64,000 nucleotides of DNA from Octopus vulgaris (lineage: Eukaryota): assembly GCA_951406725.2 (NCBI GenBank), contig OX597815.1, positions 197,532,001 to 197,596,000 of the forward strand, written 5' to 3'. A program made the translations under genes and the position numbers. Positions 24,409 to 37,609 of this stretch are shown piece after piece; within the stretch, counting starts at the first letter, position 1, and each line of letters opens with the position of its first letter. The notes beneath the pieces were generated by a model that ran no database searches, had not been told where the DNA came from, and saw only the letters and a program-made list of their open reading frames with translations.

Positions 24409-24752
24409 GACTGTGTGGTAAGTAGCTTGCTTACCTATTACCTGCTTCCGGGTTTAACCCACTGCGTGACACATTGGGAAAGTGTCTTTTACTATAGCCT
24501 CGGGCCGACCAAAGCCTTGTGAGAGGAGAGAAACTGAAAGCCTCCCGTCGTATATAGATATATTTGTGTGTTTGTGTTTGTCTCCCTAGCGGCGCTTGAC
24601 AACCGATTTTGGCGTGTTTATATCCCCGTAACTTAACGGGAGGGCAAAATAGACCGATAGTCTAGGCCTTTAAGGAATGAGTCCTGGGGTTGATATGCTC
24701 TATTAAAGGCGGTGGTCCAGCATGGCCGCAGTCAAATGACCGAAACAAATGA
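24409..24752 (+). mobile_element. SINE family A, diverged and uninterrupted
   Basis: CTGTGTGGTAAGTAGCTTGCTTAC...CCAAAGCCTTGTGAG...CAGCATGGCCGCAGTCAAATGAC. Confidence 0.85.
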
Positions 24753-24762
24753 ATATATATAT

Positions 24763-24987
24763 ATTATTCTTTTTATTATTGCCCACAGGGGGCTAAACAG
24801 AGGGGACAAACAAACACAGAAGAAGGGATTAAGTCGATTACATCGACTCCAGTGCGTAACGTACTTATTTATTCGACCCCGAAAGGATGAAAGGCAAATT
24901 CGACCTCGGCAGAAAATGAACTCAGAACATAACGTAAGGTGAATTACCTCTAAGCATTTAGCTCGGCGTGCTAACGATTCTGCCGCG
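24763..24987 (-). mobile_element. SINE family B
   Basis: Reverse complement of 12629-12858 (TCGACCCCGAAAGGATGAAAGGCAAA, GTGCTAACGATTCTGCC). Confidence 0.85.
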
Positions 24988-25001
24988 ACACACACGCACA
25001 C

Positions 25002-25069
<68 letters not shown>

Positions 25070-25602
25070 GGATAGAGAAGGAGAAATAGGGAAAAAAGAA
25101 GGCCATATACGCGCAGCTAACAACAACCATTTAGACTGCACTAACAAATTATTTTCTTCCTTGTATACACAACAAATACGTGCATACAGAAACATACAAT
25201 ATATACACACGCAAAACATATACAGACTGAGACACATACACACAACACACACACGTACATGTATACAAGCATTATTTACATAAAGGCAAGCTTCACACCT
25301 TATATTCAAAATATATACTTACTCATTGTAAACTTGTTGTATGCTTAAAACTTATAAGCCCTAATTGATATAGGCAGTAATTCAATAAATTTCAATCATA
25401 TTCACGAGTTTGAGGTAAAATAATTAGTTACTAGAGTATCTGAATGTATTTTTCTCAGCACATAATTTATTTACATCTTCAAAAACCAATCATGCTCTAC
25501 GGTTGTATATATCTGCAGGTGCATTTCACACACACGCATAGACACGTGCGCGAACAAACATGCATTATCATATATTTTTGTTTTGAAATTATATTATTTT
25601 AT

Positions 25603-25829
25603 TCTTTTTTTTTGTTTCAGTCATTTGACTGCAGTCATGATGGGAAACCGCCTTAGAGGAGTTTAGTCGAAGTAATCGACTTTGGCACTTATATTTTCTA
25701 AGCCTAGTACTTATTCTTTCAGTATCTTTTACCGAACCGTTGAGTCGCGGGCTGGAACGTAAACAGTAACGTAGGTTGTCAATCGATGATGGAGGAGGGG
25801 AGGCAAAGACGCGAATACACACACATACA

Positions 25830-25835
<6 letters not shown>
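25603..25835 (-). mobile_element. SINE family A, 3' half, diverged
   Basis: TGTTTCAGTCATTTGACTGC...AGTACTTATTCT...GGTTGTCAA. Confidence 0.7.
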
Positions 25836-25871
<36 letters not shown>

Positions 25872-25874
<3 letters not shown>

Positions 25875-26278
25875 TCTTTACTCTTTTAATTGTTTCAGTC
25901 ATTTGACTGCGGCCATGCTGGAGCACCGCCTTTAGTCGAGCAACTCGACCCCGGGATTTATTCTTTGTAAGCCCAGTACTTATTCTATCGGCCTCTTTTT
26001 GCCGAACCGCTAAATGACGGGGACATAAACACACCAGCATCGGTTGTCAAGCAATGCTAGGGGAACAAACACAGACACACAAACATACACACATACATAT
26101 ATATATACATATATACGACGGTCTTCTTTCAGTTTCCGTCTACCAAATCCACTGACAAGGCTTTGGTCGGCCCAAGGCTATAGTAGAAGACACTTGCCCA
26201 AGGTGCCACGGAGTGGGACTGAACCCGGAACCATGTGGTTGGTAAACAAGCTACTTACCAGACAGCCACTCCTGCGCC
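25872..26278 (-). mobile_element. SINE family A, full length and uninterrupted
   Basis: Complete reverse-complement copy ending ...CAGCCACTCCTGCGCC. Confidence 0.92.
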
Positions 26279-26339
26279 ATTGTAAATATTTATAATATAC
26301 ATCAAAATACTTTCCAATGTAGCACTTTCGCTACCTTAT

Positions 26340-28310
26340 CGTGGTTTAAGACAAATCTAGGGCATTCGTTCATGATATAGGCAATAGTTTCATCTACTCT
26401 ATTACAGTTGAGGCACAGCGCATTTGACCCTCTAACTCGTGGCCAAAGCTTGGTCTTCCGCTACCAGTACAGTGCTCTCAGACTCTTTTATCACTGTTTC
26501 TTTCTTCAGTCAACCCCAACTATGTTTTCCAGCAACTTCTATTATGTCTACATGGAATTGATTGCGTTGTCCCTTGTTGCGTAAATCTTCTTCATGTTCT
26601 TAATGTACGTCTTCCTTTGTTTTTCCCTTTTTATTTTTCTCTGCTTTCAACATTCTCTCATTTCTAACTGACTCTAGCAAGGTTTCCTTACTTTGGGAAA
26701 GATATCTCATTAAGCACTCGGGTTCTATATGTCTTCCACACTTATCAGTCCCCTACCTCCATTTGCTCTCTTCATGTATAGGCGATCAGTGTCTGCACGA
26801 GGTTGATGGGCTCCATTCATCGTTAGGCGCGTTCTTGTCTTTCTGTCCAACTCCTTTAGCTCCTCCTCTAACCACTTCAGTATTCCAGCACCATACCAAA
26901 CTACCGGACGCAAGATATTACCGAAATTACGTTTCTGGTATTCTCATTCGAAGCCAATATTTTCTTCAGTCACCGCAGGTAGTCTTTCTTTATCGTTCCC
27001 TTCATATTGTTGCGGATTTCTCATTCCATCTGCCCCAAGTATTCCTTGGTATTTGTATCTGGATCCAGGTTCAATTGCCTTCATCACTTCACGACTTGGC
27101 ATACATATGCTTTCTGTTCTGACAAGCTTTACTAGTCTCATCAATATTGTAGCACATTTTGAAAGTCCAAACTCTATCTTAATATCATTCGAGAAAATCT
27201 ACACAGATAGGACCAGGCTGTCTAATTCTGTCTTCACGTTCTGTGAAGAACTTCAAATCATTTATGAATAGCAAGTGGTGGAGTTCTCCCTTACCTCTTC
27301 CCGGATAATACAATAACTTTCTCTTCTGTAGTATTTCACTCAGCGGGTTTTTTTCTAGCACAAAGATCAGACCGGACACGCAGTGCACCTGGAAGATTCT
27401 ACTCTATATTTTCACCTCTCCTGATACCTGATTCCCTGCTGTGAATTCAATTTACACTGTTCCATATAAAATTTCTCATGTTTTCTGTTACGTCGTCCAT
27501 TTCCATTGTTCTTATTATCCAGGTGTGTGGTATCATATCGTTTGCTTTACGATACTCAATCCATGCCATCTTCATTTTTGTGTGTCTGCTCTTGCATTTT
27601 GCTGATAATTAATTATTAAGTAACAGCGGATTTCTCATTACCTGACTTCTCTTTCGTCTCCCTTTCAATAGGTAGCATCCCCCGTTTTTCTAACTGTCTA
27701 TACAGTTTACCGGCCAAAGTTCCTGACAATAGTTTCCCAGATTATCTGTAGACATTTTACTGGCTCAAAGTTGGATGCAACATTACCCTTTGGAGAAGTC
27801 TTGGCACACATCAATGACCTTCCCATTCTCATCCTGCTGGGTGCTGCGCCTTCCTGCAGGCACTCATCTAGCTTTTGCACTATAGTTTCATTGAGCCCTT
27901 CCAGCTTCTTCAACAAATAACCTTGGACCCCATCCGATCTTGGGCTCATCCAGTTTAGAAATTTCCTTTACTACTGTTGTATCATTTCTGTAGTTATTTT
28001 TATTTTGTCTGTCCTATATTTTGTCTGTCCTATCTTGGATTTCATGCAATCACTCCGCTTCATCGTTATGCTTTACAGGTTGGTCCCAGATCCCACCCCA
28101 GGATTCCTAGCTTTCCTCTGCATCTGGTGTCATTGTTACATGTAATTGCCCATATATATCCTGAAACAGTTTTTTTATGATTTCAAACAATCCGTTTTAC
28201 CTGAATTGTTTTGTTCTATAGTCATATCTTTCCAGTTTTGCTTTGATTAGTACTACATTTAATTTCAATTCTTCCAATATCCTATCATACCCTTCATCTC
28301 TTATCATATA
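26340..28310 (-). pseudogene. Decayed R4/Dong-clade non-LTR retrotransposon, RT region
   Basis: Fragments PRSDGVQGYLLKKL (~PGPDG..GFWLK), NFEPVKCL (~NYRPITCL), HHLLFINDLK (~HLLYMDDLK), YKYQGI, ELDRKTR and RLYMKRANGGRGLISVED. Confidence 0.85.
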
Positions 28311-29879
28311 TGTTTTAACATGAACTCGATTTAAATGCATATTACATAAGTAGATGTCGTCGTATTATTTCTGTCAATAATTTATACTCATATATCAATC
28401 CTTGTTCTGTTATGATACAACTCTTAACTAACTTGAAAAGCGAACTCATTTTCTATGCAAAAACGCCCAAAACGCAAGGCTAGCACGTCGCTCATTTCGG
28501 TGGAATATGAATGGAATATTTAGGTGGAAAACATCACTTATTGTGCCAGCATTGCTTTTTCGAATTTCTGTTTAATTATCATAATAGAACGTTCATAACG
28601 TAAAATATTTCCGATTAATTTTACTACAATGCATATATTTTATTCGAGAAAAAAATCTCATACTACTTTCAATAAAGTTCCATTAGGAATTAGCACTTTG
28701 CATTTGGTGCTGGTTTGAATACGTAAACCAGAAAATAATGCCGCGAAATTTTGTATATATAATTAAGCTTGATAAGAAACGAAATTACCTGAAAAACTTT
28801 AAAATCGATGTAGACAACTCATAAACGGTAATATCCGAGTCAATTTAGTTGTTAACCTCTAACTCTATTACAGTGCTAATGTTTCGATGGCTAGTGTATT
28901 GTGAACTAAATTTCAGCCAACCAATTTCATAATAACAGTGATTTTATCCGTTTCTTTCAAATGAAATGTAATTTACTCTTATGAAATCTTTAAACCACGA
29001 ATAAATGTATTAAATCAGTCACATTACCATTATTTTAATATTAAAGGTATTACATGAAACATGCGAATTATAACTGTGCTCTCCATTTATTTATTTAACA
29101 TAATTCCAGTTTAATCTAAATATACATGATTACGTGTATACGCTTCCTAATTTTCAGTATATTCTCAATACAAGTCTAGATATGTTTCATACTTCATGGT
29201 TTTCATACTCCACTATCTAAATTCTAAATATAATTCTAAATGTTATATAATATATGAAATGTCTTTGAGACACTTAAACCTCATGTATAGTATTAGCGTC
29301 GGGAAAATATAAAAACAAAATTGTCGTCAATAAAATATGTCAAAACGTTGAGATATATTTCGACAAATATGAAAATAACACAGAGTATTAAATGTTAGAT
29401 TAAAGCATCTACATTACGTAGAATCTTTCGAATTTTATGGTAACATCAAATTTTATGATGCTAGATAAAATATTTGTAGTATCAGTCGCTAATAGCACAA
29501 AAAATATTTTATATGATGGTCAAAGCCGTAATTCTAACTCAACAGAAAATACATTTCCCAGCAAAAGATGGTTAATCGCAATAACTAACGTGCAAAAGTA
29601 TTATATTTCACACATCGTTGGAAAGCATAAGATATTGATTTTGAAACTTATTTGAACTTAAAAGAATGATCCTGTCAATGATTGGTATTTCTATTCTAAG
29701 GAAAATGATATGTGGATCTTATGAATATTTTGAGAAGTCTCAGAAAATGATACATAAATTGAGACGTCCTGCATTCCAAAATTTTGATGATATTTGTTGA
29801 GTTCCGTTGTCTCACTTTAACTTGGTTTGATAATATATGGACCAGTGTATGACTAGCGCGATTCTACAGTCTTTACGTT

Positions 29880-30575
29880 TGAAAACGGCAGAAGACGAGT
29901 TACATATTTTTCATTTGGTGCTAAATTATATCTGCGAAGGAAGTTGTAAGAACAGCAAAACTAATACATTCAGCTTATGGAGACGGTGCCATACTTGAGA
30001 AGACTATTCTTAAATGGTTTGTTAGGCTTAGGTGTGAAAATTCTGACCTGGAACATCATAAAAGTTCAGGTTAGGCTACAGTCGTTGACGATGACTAAAT
30101 CAAAATAATAATAAAAAAAAATCCAGGTCACAAGACACGAGACAACACAGAGATTATCTACATATCTTTTGTGGAAAGACATTGTGTATGGCGAGCTCAT
30201 TCTGCAAAATTAGACGTCGATTTCAGAGCATTATAGTCCCTAATTAGACTGATTAAAGGAAGTAATGGATGACAAACATCCAGCATTATGAAACGTTATA
30301 TCGTATGTTTCCGTGCATAAATGTTTTTGGCTTGGCTAGGTTGTCCTATCATACCAGTCATAAATACCTGACCTTGCGCCTCCAGATGACTATTTCGATC
30401 CCTACAAAATTATCTGAATGGAAAAAGAAAACTCGTATTCGTTTGAAAACTGTAAACACCAGTTAAACCAGTTAATGACCCAGAAAGATGTAAGGTCATG
30501 GAATGTTTGTATCATGGAGCTACTTCAAAGATTGCAGCAAGTAGTGACAAAAAATGGAATATATATGGTTGAATA
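29880..30575 (+). pseudogene. Highly decayed mariner transposase relic
   Basis: Hand translation across frameshifts: YGDGAILEKTI..WFVRLRCENSDLE (HTH region), PDLAPPDD..RSLQNYLNGK, MELLQRLQQVVTKNGIYMVE*. Confidence 0.7.
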
Positions 30576-30699
30576 AAGTTATGTACAAATAACTCGATAT
30601 TGTTTTTAAATTTTGCTTACAAATGTTATATGAAGAAAGAAAAGGTAGAAAATGCGATAAATATTTTTTATTATTATATTTGTTATTATTCTGTCTTTC

Positions 30700-31560
30700 A
30701 GGAAATATCTTTCTTTATAGTTTCTATGAAGTATCGTTGAAGAATTCTTACAGTGAAGGAATTCTGGTGCTGCATAATTTGGTAAGATATGTTCCCGACA
30801 ATTTTTGTACGTTGTCCGAACAAAATTATGCTTGTATATAGTTTAGTTCCCTGATGTGTTGAGGATATAGCCACTGCTTTAACTTTAGTTGGTTAGTCTA
30901 CTGACTGTATGATCCGCACTTAATGCATGCGGGTAAACAGTAGTCAGTATCTTTATTTTAGGAAAGTCTCTTGTCTCTTTTTTTATTATTGTTAGATGTT
31001 TTATCAAACTTAATTTTAATGTTTAGGTCTTGTAATTGCTAAGTGTATACAAATGCTTGAGTATATTTCGGCGTTCTTTGCGTTAAAATTTCAAATATAT
31101 CGAAACATCTCCGTTTTAGCTGTGTTTTATATCACAGATCTCTCCGATATTATCTTGCTTTTTGTATTCTATCCTTGATCACATATATAGGTTATTTTAT
31201 TTTGACAAGTTATTTTTTCCTCTTTCATGCTTTCGACCTCCTGTTGAAGGTATGAACATTGTGCAGATTCGTTTGGCTAATTCGAATGTAATTTTAGTTC
31301 GAGTGTTTTCTGTCACATCATGCAAAGCGCATTTCGTGAGTCGGTGTTTATATGATGTCCCTTTCTACAGCTGTGTTCTTGCTTGTTATTATGTATATCT
31401 ACAAAGGAGAATTTATTGTTACGGAAGTCAATATTCAGTTATATGTGAAGGGTTGTGTTATTGATGAGATTTTGACATGGGTTTAATTCGTCAAGTTTTT
31501 TTTTTACTCCAGACAATGAAACAATCCTCTTGTTCTCTTTCGTCTCCAAATAATTGCGAA
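30700..31560 (-). pseudogene. Decayed Penelope-like RT relic
   Basis: The minus strand gives EDCFIVWS (~DDCFIIW), then LINN..LHI.LNIDFRNNKFSFVDI (~LN...IKFT.E..NN.LPFLDV), followed by TPTH (~KPTH). Confidence 0.5.
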
Positions 31561-32811
31561 AGATTTTCATTGATTTTCAGTGTATGTTTTGTCTTGGCGC
31601 AATCATAAATACGAGTCAATACCCATTGTTATATTAAAAGTAAAGAAATTTTGAATGTAACGTTTACGTTAACGAAATGATAAAGTTGTTTAGAAAATGT
31701 GTCAGTGTATAACAATATATAGTGACATTCAGCCTTAAGATATCTGGAAATATATTTCAAATAAATTTTCTATGTCGAGAAAAAAACCCTTGAGCATACT
31801 AGCACATAGGTGATGTTAAAAGCTACTACGATTATTGGGTTATAGAAAAGTTTTAGCAGCTTATTGAAAGTTGACAAATTTCGAAGAACATTTTTACATT
31901 TTTGTCTAGTCGGCAAAAACAAAAATTCAACCGAATTGAATGAATTCAAGAGGAAGTCATATGAAAGTTATTTTTATAGAAAAAGAACAGGTGTAGAAAA
32001 TATCTAACGGATATCTAATGGTGATATAATTATTACTATTAATTTAGATGCTAAGAATATAGTGAGTCAGCGAAAATTCATAAAAATCTTAATGCGCAAG
32101 GAAAATTATATTTATAGCAACTATGATATCTATAATTCGTTAGTAGTTTATAAGTCTGCCAGTGTAGGTTGCATATAGAGTGTAATCGTAAATTCCATAT
32201 TGCAGTTATAGAAAGGGAACAAGAAGTTGATTAATGCTTATCAAACGATGATATTTCTCTGGTTAAATAGTTGAATACTGTTAGTAATATATTTGTTTTT
32301 TTTTCTGCAAACAATTTGCAAATACATATACTACAAACCTGTTGAAAGCCCCACGTATCGTACACTAAGAAGCTTATGGTGTTGTCAGAAGAGAATGCAC
32401 GCCGAAAATGTAATATAATTCATTCATTTTGTCACTTTCTTCTATATGTGGAAGTGGTCCAAGGCTTTCATCGACAATTCATATAGCTCTGAGCGTAATG
32501 CATAAGCTAGATAAAGCCATAACATATTCAAATTTGTTTTGTATTGTTTGGCATCCTGGATCGTCTTCCGAAATGAGAAGAATTGCTCATCACATCCAGA
32601 AATACCGGTGATCTTAACATTTGTAGGTACGTTACTGCTCTTTTTGCGAGAATACCAATATAAACATTGTCATTCATATTCAATAAGGATATTGAACTAA
32701 ACTGATTTATATTCTCTGCATAGGCCTCCTTTGGTTAGTATACGCCTTCTGCTTTACACCAATCTTCTTCTAGAGCCTCTTCACGCCAAGGCTTCTTGAG
32801 CAGATCTTTTC

Positions 32812-32871
32812 GCAGACGATCTCAATAAGCACGTACCTAATATTAGGTACATACTTATTGCGATCGTCTGC
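32812..32871. repeat. 60-bp loopless palindrome
   Basis: GCAGACGATCTCAATAAGCACGTACCTAAT and ATTAGGTACATACTTATTGCGATCGTCTGC pair at 27 of 30 positions. Confidence 0.85.
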
Positions 32872-33777
32872 AACACCATCAAGAAAGCGGTTAGCTTCGG
32901 ATAACGGACAGTTTAATAAAATCATTGCAATATGAAAACTATATCACGAGAGAAATTATATTTGAATCATTGGATCTAAAATATAAATAATCACACACGC
33001 AAGACTATCATAGTATTTCTTCTGTAATACATTGCGCTTAAAAATGTTACTTATTTCACGGGATAATTGGTGACACAGATACTGCAGAAATTCGTTTCCA
33101 CATTAACCTATACAGTTACATTTCCTATTCATATATATGAAAACAAAATGAGTTTCATAATATAACGTGTTTATGAATAAAATTTAAATGCCTATAGTTT
33201 ATATGGTTTCAAGTTATATTCAATTTCAGTTACATTTACTCTTAATGATCACTATTAATTCACATTTACCATTGTTTGTATCTGAGATACCAATTTAAGT
33301 TTAGAAAGCAACATATCATATACCTTGAGTAAAAAGCGGAATGAAATGTCATACAGTATAAAGAGAGAACCAAACTATCAGTAGGGTAGTATATCCTTTG
33401 GTATGTATTCTTTCAAAAGCATGGCAACGATTTACAACGAAGAGAGACTCTTATACTGGTTTTTGGTGCAAAATTAATTCTTTCTTGAATCGACGCAGGA
33501 AGGACGAAATCACGTGTTCTGGTGATTTTGGTGGTCTCGTTGCTGGATATGAACAAAAGTTTCTCTCGTGATATCTCCGTAGTAAAGTTTGTTCTAGCAG
33601 AACATCTACATTAATGTGAGGATATATATTATCACTCGGTATTAATACGTCTTCTGTCAATAATATATATATATATATAATTAATAATATCAGTGTAATA
33701 AAGATTTTAGAAATGTTTACTACCAGTGGACTAGCGTATAGAAAAATTAGTCAATAGAATATATATTATTCATATAG

Positions 33778-33900
33778 AATACAATGTACATTTAAACACA
33801 TTAAGAGGTTTCCATCATAGAAATCAGTTACGGTGTTCTTTCTAGCGTAAAGGATTCCTATGATGGAAACCTCTTAATGGGTTTAAATGTACACTGTATT
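33778..33900. repeat. Inverted repeat with 48-bp arms and a 27-nt spacer
   Basis: Arms 33778-33825 and 33853-33900 pair at 45 of 48 positions. Confidence 0.9.
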
Positions 33901-34632
33901 AGATACACGAGCTCACTGGTTAATCGTGACACCAGCGCTTGTTCATGCACTGTTTTTAATATATATCGCCGGAGAAGTGGGGAGATGATTCGCTGCTATC
34001 TCTAGCAGACACGTCCCATTATGAAAAGACCAAGAAAGGTCGAAATCACTTGATTTGGTTCTCTAGGCGCTGGAGGTAGCGGGGATTACGTTATTTTTAA
34101 GAGGAAAACTTTAAAGTATCTGTTGTATATAAAAGATTTCCACTAGAACTTCAGTGTTAATAACCACATTTATTTTATTTCCCCTTTATTGTATTTGTTT
34201 AATGGCATATATCATCCGATAGATAATTTATGACTTTTGAAATCGAAAATCGACTAGTTACTCTGATATTACAGATAGGGGTTAAATGTAAAGACACAAA
34301 ATTACAGATGGGGTGTGTTAGATGTAACGATTCAAAATTATGAAATGACTTTGAAAATATTAAAATACATCAAAATACATTTTTCTGTTAATGATAAATG
34401 ACATCTGTGTAATTCAGAGATATAGAATAGGATGCAACATAATATATATTCTTTAAATACACGTTCAGATCTAATGCATGTTTACGAAAATTTTTTTTTT
34501 GGGGGGGGGCATCTAATATTCAAGGATATTTTGAGATTTGTCGATACTACTATTCACTAAATATGCCTTCTTATCGTGAATCCATTTAAAAATAAAATCT
34601 AAGATTCCAGAAAAATAGGGTATATTTATATA

Positions 34633-34729
34633 AACCTGGATTCTTTTTGCTGTATCTCGTCGCTATTACTCAGATTCTTAAGCCTGGATACTTTTTGCTG
34701 TATCTCGTCGCTATTACTCAGATTCTTAC
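34633..34729. repeat. ~48-bp tandem duplication
   Basis: CCTGGAT.CTTTTTGCTGTATCTCGTCGCTATTACTCAGATTCTTA occurs twice. Confidence 0.9.
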
Positions 34730-35135
34730 TTATAACAAGGTATGTAAGCAAACTAGAATTTTTATAACATCATGCATGCATTTTAATCGTGACTAACGAC
34801 GCAGAAGTGACATAAAAATCGTACTTTCAAAGATACCAAGATATTTATAATTATATAATTTGCATTGTACAAGTTCTTCCAGATGTTTCCATTATATTGC
34901 ATAGGTAGTGGTATCAAAAGTTTCCAGACCAGTTTGTAACGTGCCAATAGATGACAGCACACTGTTGCGTGTGCAGTGAGAGATAACAGTGGCTTTCATG
35001 AGGCAGTGTGTCGAGTGACATCGCTGTGTTTACTTTGCAAGTTGTGAAATTTGTGTTGTTGTTATCACGTGTATGATCTAATCTAGTACTAATATATACA
35101 GACAAGTATTTCTTCACTAGACACAAACCTTCCAA

Positions 35136-35265
35136 GGCGGAGAGCTGGCAGAAACGTTAGCGGTATTTCGTCATTCTGAGTTCAAATTCCGCCGAGGTCG
35201 ACTGTACTTTTAATCCTTTTGGGGTCGATAAATTAAGTACCAGTTGCGCTAAAATAAGTACCAGC
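35136..35265 (+). mobile_element. SINE family B, internally deleted and 3'-truncated
   Basis: GGCGGAGAGCTGGCAGAAACGTTAGC..GAGTTCAAATTCCGCCGAGGTCGAC..GGGGTCGATAAATTAAGTACCAG. Confidence 0.85.
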
Positions 35266-37537
35266 TGGATTTAGCCTTTTGACTCTCACCATGATGGGGT
35301 ATCACCTTCAAAAATTCAGTTAATCATACTGACCTCAGTACATATATCAATCCAACATTTATTTTATAGATCTTTGCTTGATGAACCGGTAACTTTGAGA
35401 CGTAGTGGGGCGCAATACTCGATTTAGCAATAAACGAAAATATACACACACACATATATTATGTTCAAGAAGGACTGTGTCGTTGAGAAGATTGCTTTCT
35501 GACCATATGGTCCTGCGTTTCGTTCATCTTGGTACCTTGGGAAGGTGTTTTCTACTAACTCATATTCCGACACTGACAAAATAGAAACAAATACACAAGA
35601 GAAGATTTATGAGTAATATTTTCAGAAAATATATCATAGTGAAGGTTGAAATATATCAGGGAAATGTTCTGCTTGATCAAGGATTAGCCGTAGTATCGAC
35701 TTCAAAATATATTTATTCTGCTTTCAACCAAAGAAGTATTGAAATACAGTGACAATTTCCCTAAAATCTCCTTTAAGTTAATTCATCAAATTACCCTCAA
35801 ATTTTTGAAAGATTGGCTCATTGTTATTAAGTAGTTTTATTCGTAGCTTTGTCTCCATATCAAATAGTGATTTCGTAGTTTTGTCTCTTTATAAAATAGT
35901 GAATAAATCCCTCACACACAGAAAGAAGGAATGAGCACGACGGGATAGCATTAGACGATATATCCAAAAGATTGCAGAAGATATGGTTCTAAATAAGTCA
36001 TGAACAACACTATATATTTTTTCATTAATAATTTAGTATTTACAATGTATATAGACGAAGCAATATTATTCATTGCCTCTTGGGAGCTGTTTGTATTTAG
36101 ATAAATAACGCAAAAATAAATTCGCAATTATGTTTAACCATTGGCAATTGTTGGGAGATGACATAAAATTACACTTGCGCGCATATACGTTTAGTTTTCC
36201 CAAAACAATTTACTTGTAGAAGGAACATTATTCTCGTTTTACAATGTAAAATTATTCATGCTTTTTTTCTTATTTCCTATTGAGATATGGACAATACATT
36301 TCATTATAATTAGGTGTATGAATTTTCTCAGAGGATTTAGTTACGCAGTACAATAATTTGGAGATATTTGTATTGACTTACCAGACATTGAATATTCAGT
36401 ACAGCAGTCTATCCATTAGACATTTGCATTTGATTTCTCAGAAGACACAAGAAATTGTTTACCATATAGTAATTTCCCGTTTTTTAATGAATACCAAGAA
36501 ACTTTTGTTCACCTTCACGTATTTTTTTTCTGATTCTTTTCTATTTTCTTTCTCTAATAAATTTTGAACGAAGCTAAATTTTCATTGATATGAAATAAGT
36601 TTTGTAAAGAAACAATTAGTCTCTTTGTAAAGTAATGAATATATATTGAAAATATACTAGAGACGCATTTATCTCTGAGTGCTTACAACCCGATGCGTTT
36701 TTAAATTTAATGCTGTACTTAAAAATCCCATAGGACTATAAATTGTCAAGTATCAATCTGATCTTGATAGAAAAACATGGTATTATATACTGATCCACAT
36801 ATGCACTCACGGAGACGTATATATGTGCGTAAATTATTTTCATACACACACAAACACATATACGCATACATATTACCAATTTTCAAAAAGAAGTATTTAT
36901 ATACACTATAATTCTTAGAATAATAATGCTATCACTAATGGAAACAATAATATACATTCAGATAAATGTACAGTTATATATTTTCTATTGAGGTAAAAGT
37001 GTATTGCAGTGCATATGTAGAAAGATGTGCCCCAATTCTCATGTGTGAGCGTGTGTATATCTGCTATGATATATCATCAGATCTATAAGGCTGTATAATG
37101 ATGATTGAAAAGTAATAAATAGATATTGAAAATAACAATATTTTGTAATCTCTAGATATTAATAACCGGGTGTTAGACAGATACGGAATAATTCATTTAA
37201 GACAGGTTTAATCCCACACCCAAATATCTAATGGTTGTGAACACGTAGACATGCAAACGTTTGTCTATTTTGAGATGCTTACAAAGCGGTGCGCAGATAT
37301 ATATGTATGCATGTATGTATGTATATATGTCTGCATGTATGTATGCATCTGTAAATTTATCGATTTATCTCTGTATGTGTATATAGGAGATACGTGAGAT
37401 GGTGAGTCGCTGAAGTGATCACAGGATGTGTGACGTGAGATTTAGGCAAAGAACACTAAATAAGAAAAAATTCAAAGTTGAACTGAAAATTAAGTATATA
37501 AAGCGTGTAGTCAATTAGCAAAGAACATGACCCCCCC

Positions 37538-37599
<62 letters not shown>

Positions 37600-37609
<10 letters not shown>

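Noticed and set aside
34905-35060. Possible mariner/MITE left end (GTGGTATCAAAAGTTTCCAGAC)
   Set aside because: I found no matching opposite TIR and no transposase remnant.
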